Below are positions 55,087 through 64,000 of a DNA stretch of 64,000 nt, one piece after another. The notes beneath the pieces are model-generated. The model was not told the origin of the DNA. It did no database searches and saw only the letters and a program-made list of their open reading frames with translations. The translations under genes were made by a program, and so were the position numbers. Origin of the DNA: Opitutus sp. (GTDB taxonomy: Bacteria; Verrucomicrobiota; Verrucomicrobiia; Opitutales; Opitutaceae); the NCBI GenBank assembly GCA_024998815.1, contig JACEUQ010000003.1, positions 259,900 through 323,899 of the forward strand, written 5' to 3'. Position 1 is the stretch's first letter; every line of letters starts with the position of its first letter.

Positions 55087-55568
55087 AAGATCCCGCTGCC
55101 GAGCAACGTACCACCCAGGAAAAGAAGCACCCCGTGACGCGCACCCTGGTGGCGCGCGAGTTGAGCGCGGAAAGCGCCTGCTTCCCCCTGGTGGCGCAAG
55201 CCGCGAGAATCTGCCGAAAACGCCACGGCAAGCCCACCGAGACCGTGGCGCTGATCACCAGTCGCCCCGCCGCCGAGTTGACTCCCGCCCAATGGCTGGA
55301 GGTCAACATTGCGCACTGGGGAATCGAGACCGGTTTGCATGCCCGCCTCGACGCCTCGCGCCAGGATGATCGCTGCCGATTACGCCGCCCGAACGCGGTG
55401 CGCATCCACGGCATGTTCAACCGCTGGGCCAACAGCCTGTCCATGCACTGGCGCGGTCAACGAACTAAAAAACGCCACCTTTATACCTCCGACTTTATCG
55501 CCCACATGTCCGAAAATCATGACCGTCGCGCGCTCCGCGCACTTACCTCGGTAAACTTCCCGCTATGA
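55068..55568 (+). CDS. C-terminal ISAs1 transposase segment in the -1 frame
   Basis: HWGIETGLHARLDASRQDDRCR (ISAs1 HWxIEN motif); frame open across the C4T6 run. Confidence 0.8.
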   Translation, partial: PFFDPLKDPAAEQRTTQEKKHPVTRTLVARELSAESACFPLVAQAARICRKRHGKPTETVALITSRPAAELTPAQWLEVNIAHWGIETGLHARLDASRQDDRCRLRRPNAVRIHGMFNRWANSLSMHWRGQRTKKRHLYTSDFIAHMSENHDRRALRALTSVNFPL

Positions 55569-56057
55569 ATCGGCGCTGTCTGACCCCGAAGAATCCCGAC
55601 GAGGCATTGCGAGTTCTGCGGCAGCGGTGAAGAGTGCTGCAACATTTCCGGCAAGGTCGCCTCGTTCTGCCCGTTCCCGGGCCGCCTGCATTTCATGCCG
55701 AAGGATATTAAACCCTAATCGATGCCGAGGCCCTACCGAAACCACAGAGTTTTCACGTCCTGTTTCACGGGCTAGATTCCAACACATTTCGCTGTCCGAG
55801 GGGGTAGTTCCTTTTGTCGTCAAAAATAGGCATCCGTATCCTGCTCGCATCATAGCTGCGGTTTTTAGTTGGACGCCGCCGGAGGTCTTACCTGATCCCG
55901 ACGCTCCGACATGGAGTGATCCCTCGTAGCTCAATCCCACCGACCATCGGGTGCTTCTGCCCCACGCGATCAACGGTTCATCCGGCTGCCAAACATCTGC
56001 TTTATGAAAAAGCCGATTATATAAAAAAGAGTTCATTGCGTAAAATAGAGGTAGTTT

Positions 56058-57967
56058 GAGCCTCCTCGAAAAGGTTTTTGGTTTTTTCTAGTAAAAACAA
56101 CTTATGTGATTTAAGTTTACTGTAAAAGTGCCGTATTATACTGCATGAAAACAGGAAACAAAATAAGTAGCGGCGTTAAATTATCAAGTAACGAATCGAT
56201 CGTTTATCCCTCCGGCGACTTCTTTTCAACCCCGGCGCGCAGTGATTTTGGTGATTTCTTACTGCAATTACAGCGCTTTTGGCGGTCCCACCCCGAAATC
56301 GAAGTGGCCATGACCGCCGATCTCGACGCCCACGCCATGGCGGAAAAGCGCGAACGGCGGAAGGACCGGGAGTTCGAACTGGCGCAGACCGAGGCGTTGT
56401 TCGCCGTGCCGGCGTCAGGCACGGCGGAAAAAACGCAAGCCGAGTTCCTCGCCGCAGGGCGTCCGCGCACCCCCGCTGTTGTGGTTTTTATCACGGCCAT
56501 GGCCACCGGTTACTTGGGGTCGCAATACAGTGCCTGCCCCCGGATGGTGCTGCTTGAATCGGCATCGTTGCGCACCTTGCTCGATGATTTGGGGTACACG
56601 CTGCCTGCACCTAATACCGTTGGCCCCCTGATAAATCGCCTGAGTGAGAGTACTCTCGCCCTGATCCACCGGGCCCAATTGGCCGATATTTTGGCCGAAG
56701 GGCTCGATTCGTTTACCGATATCACCCTGGACAGCACGGCGATCAAGGCATCCAGTTGCTGGCCAACAGACTCCGGTATCATTTACCGCCTCTTTGAGCG
56801 AGCCTACCGCATGGGCGGCAAGCTCGACCAGGTCGGGCTTAACTCGCTGCAGGATGGCTTCAAAGACCACTGGCTGGAGGAGTTGCGAAAGAGCGCCCGC
56901 GCCATCGCCCTGCTGGGTGGTGGTCCCCGCCGAGCCCAAAAACTCCGGCTGCTCTACGACCAGTTTTACCAAATCGCCTGCAAGTTGGGCGGCAAGTTGC
57001 TCACCCAAGTAGAAGCCGCAGAGGCCGAAGCAAATGTTAAACTGTCCAAGCTGCGGCCCTCCAAGCGCCGGATCGCGGAAGACCTACTGGACTGCATCCA
57101 CGGGGACGTGGTCGCGGTGATTACGACGATCCAGCAAAGCATTGCGCGGGTGCATGATGGGGTGAAGACCAAGTCGAGGGAAAGGGTCCTCAGCCTGGCC
57201 GATCGCAGTGCTGCTTTTATTGAAAAAGGCGGGCGGGAACCGGTGATTGGCTACAAGCCGCAATTGGCCCGCAGCCGCGGCGGTTTTGTCACCGCGCTGA
57301 TTCTCGACGCGGGCAACGTGGCTGATTGCAAGCAACTGGTGCCCCTGCTGATCCAGAATATCGCCAACACGGGCCTGGTGCCGGCGAGCGCGAACGTCGA
57401 CGACGGCTACTCCAGCGCCGAAGGGCTGGCGCAGGCATACGAGCTGAAGGTGGCCAAGGTGAGCATCTCCGGAGCCAAGGGGCGCGCCTTGCTCGGCGAG
57501 GAACTGTGGAACCACCAGGATTATATCACGCTTCGCGCCGAGCGCAGCGCGATCGAGTCGCTGATGTTTACGCTCAAGTTCAACCACGGGTTCGGCCGGC
57601 CGGGTCGTCGCGGGTTGGCGGCGGTGCGCAGCGAACTGACCCTGAAGATCCTCGCGCACAACTTTGACCGGATGATTTTGGTGCGCGCCAGAAGGTCTCA
57701 GGAAAAGCCGCTGCCCTTGGCGGCCTGAGTCGCTTCGCTCGTCGCGGCTAACCCAAATCGGTTCAATTAGTTCGGTGCAAAAGCCCCGGAGCGAACCGCC
57801 GTGGACTTCGCCGTTGGAAAAGCGACCTTGGTGATGGGGCCGGGGCTGTTTTTAGGCCGCCGCCCCTTCGTGAACACGTAAACCGAGTTCGTTCAGGGCT
57901 GTTTGCGCCCCCAGTGGCCGGCCGGGGCGGGAATACGCCCGTTGCGAAAGGCTTTTCGAGGAGGCTC
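56058..57967 (+). mobile_element. IS5/ISNCY-like insertion sequence, copy A
   Basis: 16-bp TIR GAGCCTCCTCGAAAAG; TAGTTT on both flanks (56052-56057, 57968-57973). Confidence 0.9.
56145..57728 (+). CDS. DDE transposase (IS5/ISNCY-like), copy A
   Basis: ITLDSTAIKA...WPTDS, VIGYKPQL, NVDDGYSS, RSAIESLM...KILAHN. Confidence 0.88.
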   Translation: MKTGNKISSGVKLSSNESIVYPSGDFFSTPARSDFGDFLLQLQRFWRSHPEIEVAMTADLDAHAMAEKRERRKDREFELAQTEALFAVPASGTAEKTQAEFLAAGRPRTPAVVVFITAMATGYLGSQYSACPRMVLLESASLRTLLDDLGYTLPAPNTVGPLINRLSESTLALIHRAQLADILAEGLDSFTDITLDSTAIKASSCWPTDSGIIYRLFERAYRMGGKLDQVGLNSLQDGFKDHWLEELRKSARAIALLGGGPRRAQKLRLLYDQFYQIACKLGGKLLTQVEAAEAEANVKLSKLRPSKRRIAEDLLDCIHGDVVAVITTIQQSIARVHDGVKTKSRERVLSLADRSAAFIEKGGREPVIGYKPQLARSRGGFVTALILDAGNVADCKQLVPLLIQNIANTGLVPASANVDDGYSSAEGLAQAYELKVAKVSISGAKGRALLGEELWNHQDYITLRAERSAIESLMFTLKFNHGFGRPGRRGLAAVRSELTLKILAHNFDRMILVRARRSQEKPLPLAA

Positions 57968-58338
57968 TAGTTTACGCCGTCGTCCGTGTGGCCAGTTTTA
58001 GGCTGAAGGTTGCCTTTGAAATACACATATATAGCACCCTCCGAGTTTTTAACCCGAAGTGATGCCCCGATGCCGTCCAGCAGCTTAATGCGGTCGTCAG
58101 ATGCAGCTGACAAACCCAGGTATCGGCCGATTTCAGGTGTGCCAAATTTGAGTGTAAAAAGAAGCCCAATAGCCGCAAAAAAAAGCGCTTAGCCCGCATG
58201 CGATAAGTACGTTAAATAGCTTCATTTTAGCGACCGACCATGCAGTGTTTTCAATTCGGTCGCCGAGTCGTGCCAAGCCAATCTCTGTGGCAAGTGCGGC
58301 GCCGCCTTGTTCAATGATCCTAATGGGTTGCCCGGCTA
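57968..58338 (-). pseudogene. Remnant of a probable membrane protein gene upstream of the coupling protein
   Basis: Two open segments offset by one base at the A8 run (58177-58184); the 3' segment rejoins across IS copy A as DGVN-YLYFTQ-stop, overlapping the T4CP ATG. Confidence 0.55.
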
Positions 58339-60247
58339 GAGCCTCCTCGAAAAGCCTTTCGCAACGGGCGTATTCCCGCCCCGGCCGGCCACTGGGGACG
58401 CAAACAGCCCTGAACGGACTCGATTTACGTGTTCACGAAGGGGCGGCGGCCTAAAAACAGCCCCGGCCCCATCACTAAGGTCGCTTTTCCAACGGCGAAG
58501 TCCACGGCGGTTCGCTCCGGGGCTTTTACACCGAACTAATTGAGCCGATTTGGGTTAGCCGCGACGACCGAAACTACTCAGGCCGCCAAGGGCAGCGGCT
58601 TTTCCTGAGACTTCCTCGCGCGCACCAAAATCATCCGGTCAAAGTTGTGCGCGAGGATCTTCAGGGTCAGTTCGCTGCGCACCGCCGCCAACCCGCGACG
58701 ACCCGGCCGGCCGAACCCGTGGTTGAACTTGAGCGTAAACATCAGCGACTCGATCGCGCTGCGCTCGGCGCGAAGCGTGATATAATCCTGGTGGTTCCAC
58801 AGTTCCTCGCCGAGCAAGGCGCGCCCCTTGGCGCCGGAGATGCTCACCTTGGCCACCTTCAGCTCGTATGCCTGCGCCAGCCCTTCGGCGCTGGAGTAGC
58901 CGTCGTCGACGTTCGCGCTCGCCGGCACCAGGCCCGTGTTGGCGATATTCTGAATCAGCATGGGCACCAGTTGCTTGCAATCAGCCACGTTGCCCGCGTC
59001 GAGAATCAGCGCGGTGACAAAACCGGCGCGGCTACGGGCCAATTGCGGCTTGTAGCCAATCACCGGTTCCCGCCCGCCTTTTTCAATAAAAGCAGCACTG
59101 CGATCAGCCAGGCTGAGGACCCTTTCCCTCGACTTGGTCTTCACCCCATCGTGCACCCGCTCAAGGCTTTGCTGGATCGTCGTAACCACCGCGACCACGT
59201 CCCCGTGGATGCAGTCCAGTAGGTCTTCCGCGATCCGGCGCTTGGAGGGCCGCAGCTTGGCCAGTTTAACATTTGCTTCGGCCTCTGCGACTTCTACTTC
59301 GGTGAGCAACCTGCCGCCCAACTTGCAGGCTATTTGGTAAAACTGGTCGTAGAGCAGCCGGAGTTTTTGGGCTCGGCGGGGACCACTGCCCAGCAGGGCG
59401 ATGGCGCGGGCGCTCTTTCGCAACTCCTCCAGCCAGTGGTCTTTGCAGCCAGCCTGCAGCGAGGTAAGCCCGACCTGGTCGAGCTTGCCGCCCAAGCGGT
59501 AGGCTCGCTCAAAGAGGCGATAAATGATACCGGAGTCTGTTGGCCAGCAACTGGATGCCTTGATCGCCGTGCTGTCCAGGGTGATATCGGTAAACGAATC
59601 GAGCCCTTCGGACAAAATACCGGCCAATTGGGCCCGGTGGATCAGGGCGAGAGTACTTTCACTCAGGCGATTTATCAGGGGGCCAACGGTATTAGGTGCA
59701 GGCAGCGTGTACCCCAAATCATCGAGCAAGGTGCGCAACGATGCCGATTCAAGCAGCACCATCCGGGGGCAGGCACCGTATTGCGACCCCAGGTAACCGG
59801 TGGCCATGGCCGTGATAAAAACCACAACAGCGGGGGTGCGCGGACGCCCTGCGGCGAGGAACTCGGCTTGCGTTTTTTCCGCCGTGCCTGACGCCGGCAC
59901 GGCGAACAACGCCTCGGTCTGCGCCAGATCGAACTCACGGTTTTTCCGCCGTTCGAGCTTTTCCGCCATGGCGTGGGCGTCGAGATCGGCGGTCATGGCC
60001 ACTTGGATTTCGGGGTGGGACCGCCAAAAGCGCTTCAATTCCAATAAAAAATCACCAAAATCACTGCGCGCCGGGGTGGAAAAGAAGTCGCCGGAGGAAT
60101 AGACGATCGATTCGTTACTTGATAATTTAACGCTGCTACTTATTTTGTTTCCTGTTTTCATGCAGTACAATACGGCACTTTTACGGAAAACTTAAATCAC
60201 ATAAGTTGTTTTTAATAAAAAAACCAAAAGCCTTTTCGAGGAGGCTC
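58339..60247 (-). mobile_element. IS5/ISNCY-like insertion sequence, copy B (diverged isoform, inverted)
   Basis: Same 16-bp TIR; flanks come from two different genes; no TSD. Confidence 0.9.
58578..60161 (-). CDS. DDE transposase (IS5/ISNCY-like), copy B
   Basis: Same length (527 aa) and motifs as copy A, with scattered substitutions. Confidence 0.88.
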   Translation of the reverse strand: MKTGNKISSSVKLSSNESIVYSSGDFFSTPARSDFGDFLLELKRFWRSHPEIQVAMTADLDAHAMAEKLERRKNREFDLAQTEALFAVPASGTAEKTQAEFLAAGRPRTPAVVVFITAMATGYLGSQYGACPRMVLLESASLRTLLDDLGYTLPAPNTVGPLINRLSESTLALIHRAQLAGILSEGLDSFTDITLDSTAIKASSCWPTDSGIIYRLFERAYRLGGKLDQVGLTSLQAGCKDHWLEELRKSARAIALLGSGPRRAQKLRLLYDQFYQIACKLGGRLLTEVEVAEAEANVKLAKLRPSKRRIAEDLLDCIHGDVVAVVTTIQQSLERVHDGVKTKSRERVLSLADRSAAFIEKGGREPVIGYKPQLARSRAGFVTALILDAGNVADCKQLVPMLIQNIANTGLVPASANVDDGYSSAEGLAQAYELKVAKVSISGAKGRALLGEELWNHQDYITLRAERSAIESLMFTLKFNHGFGRPGRRGLAAVRSELTLKILAHNFDRMILVRARKSQEKPLPLAA

Positions 60248-60618
60248 TAGCTTGTGAGCTTTCCGAGCTGGCTTCTGTAAACCGCCATGAAAGCCCCGAA
60301 CGTCATTCCTTTCGTTCGGTCGTCGAGAAGCGCTGATTTGCCAATTAGATCACGGCTGCCATTTCTGACACAGATCAGCACATCATTATTTAAAACCATG
60401 ATCCGCTCAGGGATGGCCGTATCAACAAACACATTATCGTCGAATGCCAGAGCATCGTTCTGGATATTCGATGAACGGAGGACGAGAACGCCGGATTGGC
60501 GAACGTCCGTAGGCTTATAGGTCAAGCCTATCAAAGCCTCACCGATCTCCCCAAGCTTCTTCACATCCCAATCCTCCGGAATCACCCCGACCTCGGTTTG
60601 TTTATAGCCGGGTTTCAT
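60247..60618 (-). pseudogene. hsdS: Type I R-M specificity subunit, truncated by IS copy B
   Basis: YKQTEVGVIPEDWDVKKLGEI start, LRSSNIQN, DVLICVRNGSRDLIGKSA; stops at the IS end after about 120 aa. Confidence 0.88.
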
Positions 60619-61733
60619 CAGGCAGAACCCTCCGTTTTTTCCACCCGCAAGGCCTGGCGCTCGGTCAACTCGCGGGCGTGTTCGATGGCTTGATGTAGGC
60701 GGGCTTGAAGCAGCTTGATCGGGGGCAGCTCGGTGAGGTATTCGCTCACGCGGATGGATTTGGCGTCGAGCTGGAGCAGCTCCACCTGTTCGGCATCCGC
60801 CGAGGCGCAGAGGATAAGCCCGATGGGGGCTTCCTCACCGGGGGCACGCTCGTGCTGATCCAGCCAGCGCAGATAAAACTCCATCTGGCCGACATGGGCG
60901 GGCTGGAAGTGCTCCAGCTTCAGCTCCACGGCGATGAGCCGCCGCAGGTGCCGGTGGAAGAACAGCAGATCGAGATGAAAGTCGTCGCGCCCCACGCTCA
61001 TGCGCTTCTGCCGGGCGACGAAGGTGAAGCCGGTGCCGAGTTCCAGCAGGACGCCTTCGATCTCGCGCAGGATGGCGTTTTCCAGATCGGCCTCGCTGTA
61101 GGCACCGGTCAGGCCAAGCAGATCGAGGAAGTAAGGATCGCGGAAGACGACATCGGGAGAGAGCTGCCCGGCGCGCATCTGGCCGATCTCGGCGGCGATG
61201 GTTTTCTTGGGCTTTTTTGACAGGGCCGTGCGCTGAAACAGCATGCCACCGATCTTTTTGCGCAGCGTGCGCACATCCCAGTGCTCGATCCGGCAGAGCT
61301 CGGCGTAGAAGTCGCGGGCGAGCGGGTCTTTAAGCGGGAGCAGTTCCAGGAAGTGGCTCCAGCTCAATTGTGCCGACAGCGTCGACACAATCTCCTGTGC
61401 GGGGAAACACTGGGAGAACTGGATGGCGCGGTATAACGCGCGGAGGCTGAAAGCTTGCCCAAACTCCGCCGTCAATTCCCGCGACACCGTCGCGAGAATC
61501 TGTTTCCCGTACGCGGCACGCCCCTCCTGGAGGTTGTCGGTGAGCAGGCGGCGGCCCAAATGCCAGTAGAGCAAGGTGGTGGTGGAATTGGCCACCACGG
61601 CGATGCGCTGGCGGGCGGCGTGGATGAGGCCACGCAGATCGGTGATGAGCGCCTGTTCGTCCACGCGGGCGACGGCAGCCTTGGCCGGACGGAGGGCGGG
61701 GGCGGTGCGGCGGGAGGTGGGTTTCTTTTTCAT
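60618..61733 (-). CDS. PDDEXK nuclease domain protein (YhcG/DUF1016 family)
   Basis: LYWHLG, QLSWSHFLEL, FRDPYFLDLL, ELGTGFTFVARQ, LIAVELK, GQMEFYL, PIGLILC. Confidence 0.92.
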   Translation of the reverse strand: MKKKPTSRRTAPALRPAKAAVARVDEQALITDLRGLIHAARQRIAVVANSTTTLLYWHLGRRLLTDNLQEGRAAYGKQILATVSRELTAEFGQAFSLRALYRAIQFSQCFPAQEIVSTLSAQLSWSHFLELLPLKDPLARDFYAELCRIEHWDVRTLRKKIGGMLFQRTALSKKPKKTIAAEIGQMRAGQLSPDVVFRDPYFLDLLGLTGAYSEADLENAILREIEGVLLELGTGFTFVARQKRMSVGRDDFHLDLLFFHRHLRRLIAVELKLEHFQPAHVGQMEFYLRWLDQHERAPGEEAPIGLILCASADAEQVELLQLDAKSIRVSEYLTELPPIKLLQARLHQAIEHARELTERQALRVEKTEGSA

Positions 61734-62758
61734 GGCTGGCCTCCGCCGTTGGGCAGTTGTTTGAGCATGCGGTCGAAATCGGACTCAAACCGGCGGTCCT
61801 GGATGACCCGGTATTTCTCAAACTCCGATTCGGCAAAGGCTTTGGCGATCTCGGCGGTGACTTTGCCGGGGTTTTGGAGCAGGTCGCGTTCGTTGAACTG
61901 GAGGAAGGCGTCGAGTTTCTTGGCCCAGTCGGCCATGGTCATGGGGATACCGCGCTCGGCCTGGGTCTCGGCGTAGTCGAGGTACATGGTCACGAAGCGG
62001 TCGAGCGCCTTGAGCTCTTTTTCGGTGAGGTAGTTTTTGGCGACGACTACATCGGGTTTGAGGATCTTGCCCTTCGGAGCGTTGCGCCAGGTGGTGAGCC
62101 CCATCTGCTCCTTCGTGCTGTCGGCCCGCTCGACGATGAGTTCGGCGGCGGTGTGGCCGTGGATGGCGAAGTGGAGCTTGTTCTGGACGGTGGCGAAAAA
62201 GCTCTGGGTGGTCTCGGCCTCGGCGCTGTAGTCGAGGGCGGTGGCGTAGATGTCGGTGATTTTCTGGTAAAACCGGCGTTCGCTGGCGCGGATTTCGCGG
62301 ATCTCGGCCAGCAGGTTGTCAAAATAGGACTGGTCGAAGAGGGCGCCGTTTTTCAGGCGCTCCTTGTCGAGGACGTAGCCGCGCAGGGCGAAGTCGCGCA
62401 ACACGCCGATGGCCCACTGGCGGAACTGGGTGGCGCGGGGGGAATTAACCCGGAAGCCGACGGCGATGATGGCGTCGAGATTGTAGAAGGCGGTGAGGTA
62501 GCTTTTGCCGTCGGTGGCAGTGGTTCGGAATTTCCGAATAACTGCCGCCTCGGTCAGTTCAGCGCTGGCGAAGAGGTTTTTCAGGTGCTCGTTGACGGTG
62601 GGCACCGTTACGTCGAACAGGGTGGCGAGGAGTTTCTGGGTGAGCCAGACGGTCTGCTCTTCGACGCGGACCTCGATACCCGTTTCCCCGGCCTGGGCGG
62701 TGAAGACCAAAAACTCGGCGGTGCTGTTGCGCAGGTGGGCTTTTTTACCCTGGCTCAT
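61730..62758 (-). CDS. RhuM family DNA-binding protein
   Basis: VWLTQKLLATLF, FYNLDAIIAVGFRVNS, FRQWA, IREIRASERRFYQKITDIYA, FFATVQNKLHFA, KNYL. Confidence 0.92.
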   Translation of the reverse strand: MSQGKKAHLRNSTAEFLVFTAQAGETGIEVRVEEQTVWLTQKLLATLFDVTVPTVNEHLKNLFASAELTEAAVIRKFRTTATDGKSYLTAFYNLDAIIAVGFRVNSPRATQFRQWAIGVLRDFALRGYVLDKERLKNGALFDQSYFDNLLAEIREIRASERRFYQKITDIYATALDYSAEAETTQSFFATVQNKLHFAIHGHTAAELIVERADSTKEQMGLTTWRNAPKGKILKPDVVVAKNYLTEKELKALDRFVTMYLDYAETQAERGIPMTMADWAKKLDAFLQFNERDLLQNPGKVTAEIAKAFAESEFEKYRVIQDRRFESDFDRMLKQLPNGGGQP

Positions 62759-64000
62759 GCCTTGGCCTCCATTTTGCGCAGGTGGGCGTCCACCTTGGCG
62801 GCCAGTTGGGCGACTTCATCGACGAGCTGGGGCAGCGGGGCAGCGTAGCGGTCGGCCAACAGGCGGATGCGGCTGGTCAGGGTTTGCGACACACGGTCGA
62901 GTTCGCCCTGCACGGCGGTGGCGAGGGTTTTGAGCCATTTATCATCGACCACCAAGGTCTTGATTTCGGACTCGGTTAGGCGCGGATACTTTTCGTAGGC
63001 GAGCTGGTCGAGGGCGGCCTCGGCGTCGCGGATGGCTTTTTTGAGGTCGGCTTCGTCGGCGTTGAGCTTGAGCCAGCGCTGGAGGACCACGGCTTCGTCT
63101 TTGGCGTCGGGGTCGGCTTTGATCTCTTTTAGCCGGGCGCTGATTTCGGGTTTGGCGATTTTTTCGAGTTGGCCAAGGAAACCCTCCTCGCCGCCGTGTT
63201 CTTCTTCAAGTTCGGCCAGGCTGGCAGTGGCGGCTTCGAGCGCGGCTTGGGAGGCGTCGAGGGCGGCTTGTTCGGCGGCAAAATACCGGGCGACGATGAG
63301 GGGCTTGGGCACGAGGTCACAGGACCAGCCGCGATCTTTGGTTTTACCCTTTTTGTCGGTTTCAAGGAGGCGGGCAGGCTTGGCCACCCAGCCGTCGGCG
63401 GCGATCAGGTAGCAGTCGTCCTGGAGGGTAGCGGACCAGTAATCGAGGAGGTGTTGATAGACGGCGTAGGGATCGATCAGGGCCTGGCCCTCGGCGTGTG
63501 CGAGGAGCTTTTCGGCGTGCTCGCGGATGACGTCCTTGGGGTGGCAGCCGGGGGCAAGCAGGCGCAGGCTGACGGCGGCACCGGCGCGCCATTTTTTGAA
63601 ATGGGTTTCCAGTCCGGTGATGAAGGCGGCGAACTGGGGGTGTTCGCTGACGCGGGTGCGGAGCTGGGCGGCGGGTGCCTGGAGTTGGAAGTAGCCGGGG
63701 CGCAGGTCAGCAAAAAGGGAGGCGCGCAGTTCGGGGCAGACCGTCCAGTAGTCGCTGAGGGCGTCGAGGTCGCGGGACGGGATACCGCCGTGGAGGTGGG
63801 CGCCGATGTCCTGGATGTCCTCGGCCTCCTGGGTGTCGATGTAGCGCGGGAGGTTGAGGTTGTAGTCGTTTTTCTCGATCTCGGTGTGGGGGACGAGGCG
63901 GGAATAGCCGGGGTGTTGCTCGCCGTGGGTAAACACATCGACGATCTGGTGCAGGTCGCGTTCGCGGAGGCGGTTTTTGGGGCCGTCCTTCATGAAGCCC
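62755..64000 (-). CDS. hsdM: Type I R-M methyltransferase subunit, C-terminal part (5' end outside window)
   Basis: GFMKDGPKNRLRERD, NDYNLNLPRYID, IDPYAVYQHL, WSCDLVPK, LVVDDKW; in an operon with hsdS. Confidence 0.88.
   Translation of the reverse strand, partial: GFMKDGPKNRLRERDLHQIVDVFTHGEQHPGYSRLVPHTEIEKNDYNLNLPRYIDTQEAEDIQDIGAHLHGGIPSRDLDALSDYWTVCPELRASLFADLRPGYFQLQAPAAQLRTRVSEHPQFAAFITGLETHFKKWRAGAAVSLRLLAPGCHPKDVIREHAEKLLAHAEGQALIDPYAVYQHLLDYWSATLQDDCYLIAADGWVAKPARLLETDKKGKTKDRGWSCDLVPKPLIVARYFAAEQAALDASQAALEAATASLAELEEEHGGEEGFLGQLEKIAKPEISARLKEIKADPDAKDEAVVLQRWLKLNADEADLKKAIRDAEAALDQLAYEKYPRLTESEIKTLVVDDKWLKTLATAVQGELDRVSQTLTSRIRLLADRYAAPLPQLVDEVAQLAAKVDAHLRKMEAKA

Larger units (their letters stand above)
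53653..55578 (+). mobile_element. ISAs1-like insertion sequence (1926 bp)
   Basis: TIR CA(C/G)CGCCGATTCA; 9-bp TSD TCTGACCCC at 53644-53652 and 55579-55587. Confidence 0.92.
52581..56036 (-). pseudogene. Type IV coupling protein (TraD/VirD4-like), interrupted by an ISAs1-like element
   Basis: GASGSGKT (Walker A) in 55588-56036; IIWDECQ (Walker B), VAVTQH, FLGNLRTKLF in 52581-53643; removing the IS and one TSD copy restores a 506-aa frame. Confidence 0.88.
28872..64000. mobile_element. Genomic island / mobilizable element integrated at tRNA-Leu (right end outside window)
   Basis: tRNA 3' fragment at the left edge; relaxase, coupling protein, AbiE TA, type I R-M, dense IS; host REP families absent. 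Confidence 0.75.

Overview
High-GC bacterial chromosome segment. The gene content and repeat style suggest Verrucomicrobiota (Opitutaceae-like); this is inference. All family calls come from recalled motifs, with no database search. The window has two parts. (1) Positions 1-28.9 kb are backbone genes: RNase D/HRDC tail, SufE, TatD, MYG1, PhoD, GH5, ruvB, murA, dimeric dUTPase, peroxiredoxin, beta-barrel protein, LysR-YceI-dioxygenase, CheX, rlmN and gltB. This part holds at least seven short-repeat families, two of them inserted in frame inside tatD and gltB, plus a REP-carrying MITE with target-site duplications. (2) From 28.9 kb to the window end is a decaying genomic island. It is bounded by the 3' half of tRNA-Leu(UAG) and carries a polysaccharide operon, an AbiE toxin-antitoxin pair, a MOBF relaxase with candidate oriT and coupling protein, and a type I R-M operon, with many IS insertions. 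The standout is a 1820-bp IS701-like element in two copies plus a solo end. All five ends sit exactly 1 nt from the base of a DNA hairpin of unrelated sequence, and the hairpin appears to be duplicated as the target site. Its transposase looks to be joined to an AbrB/MazE-type domain by a -1 frameshift.
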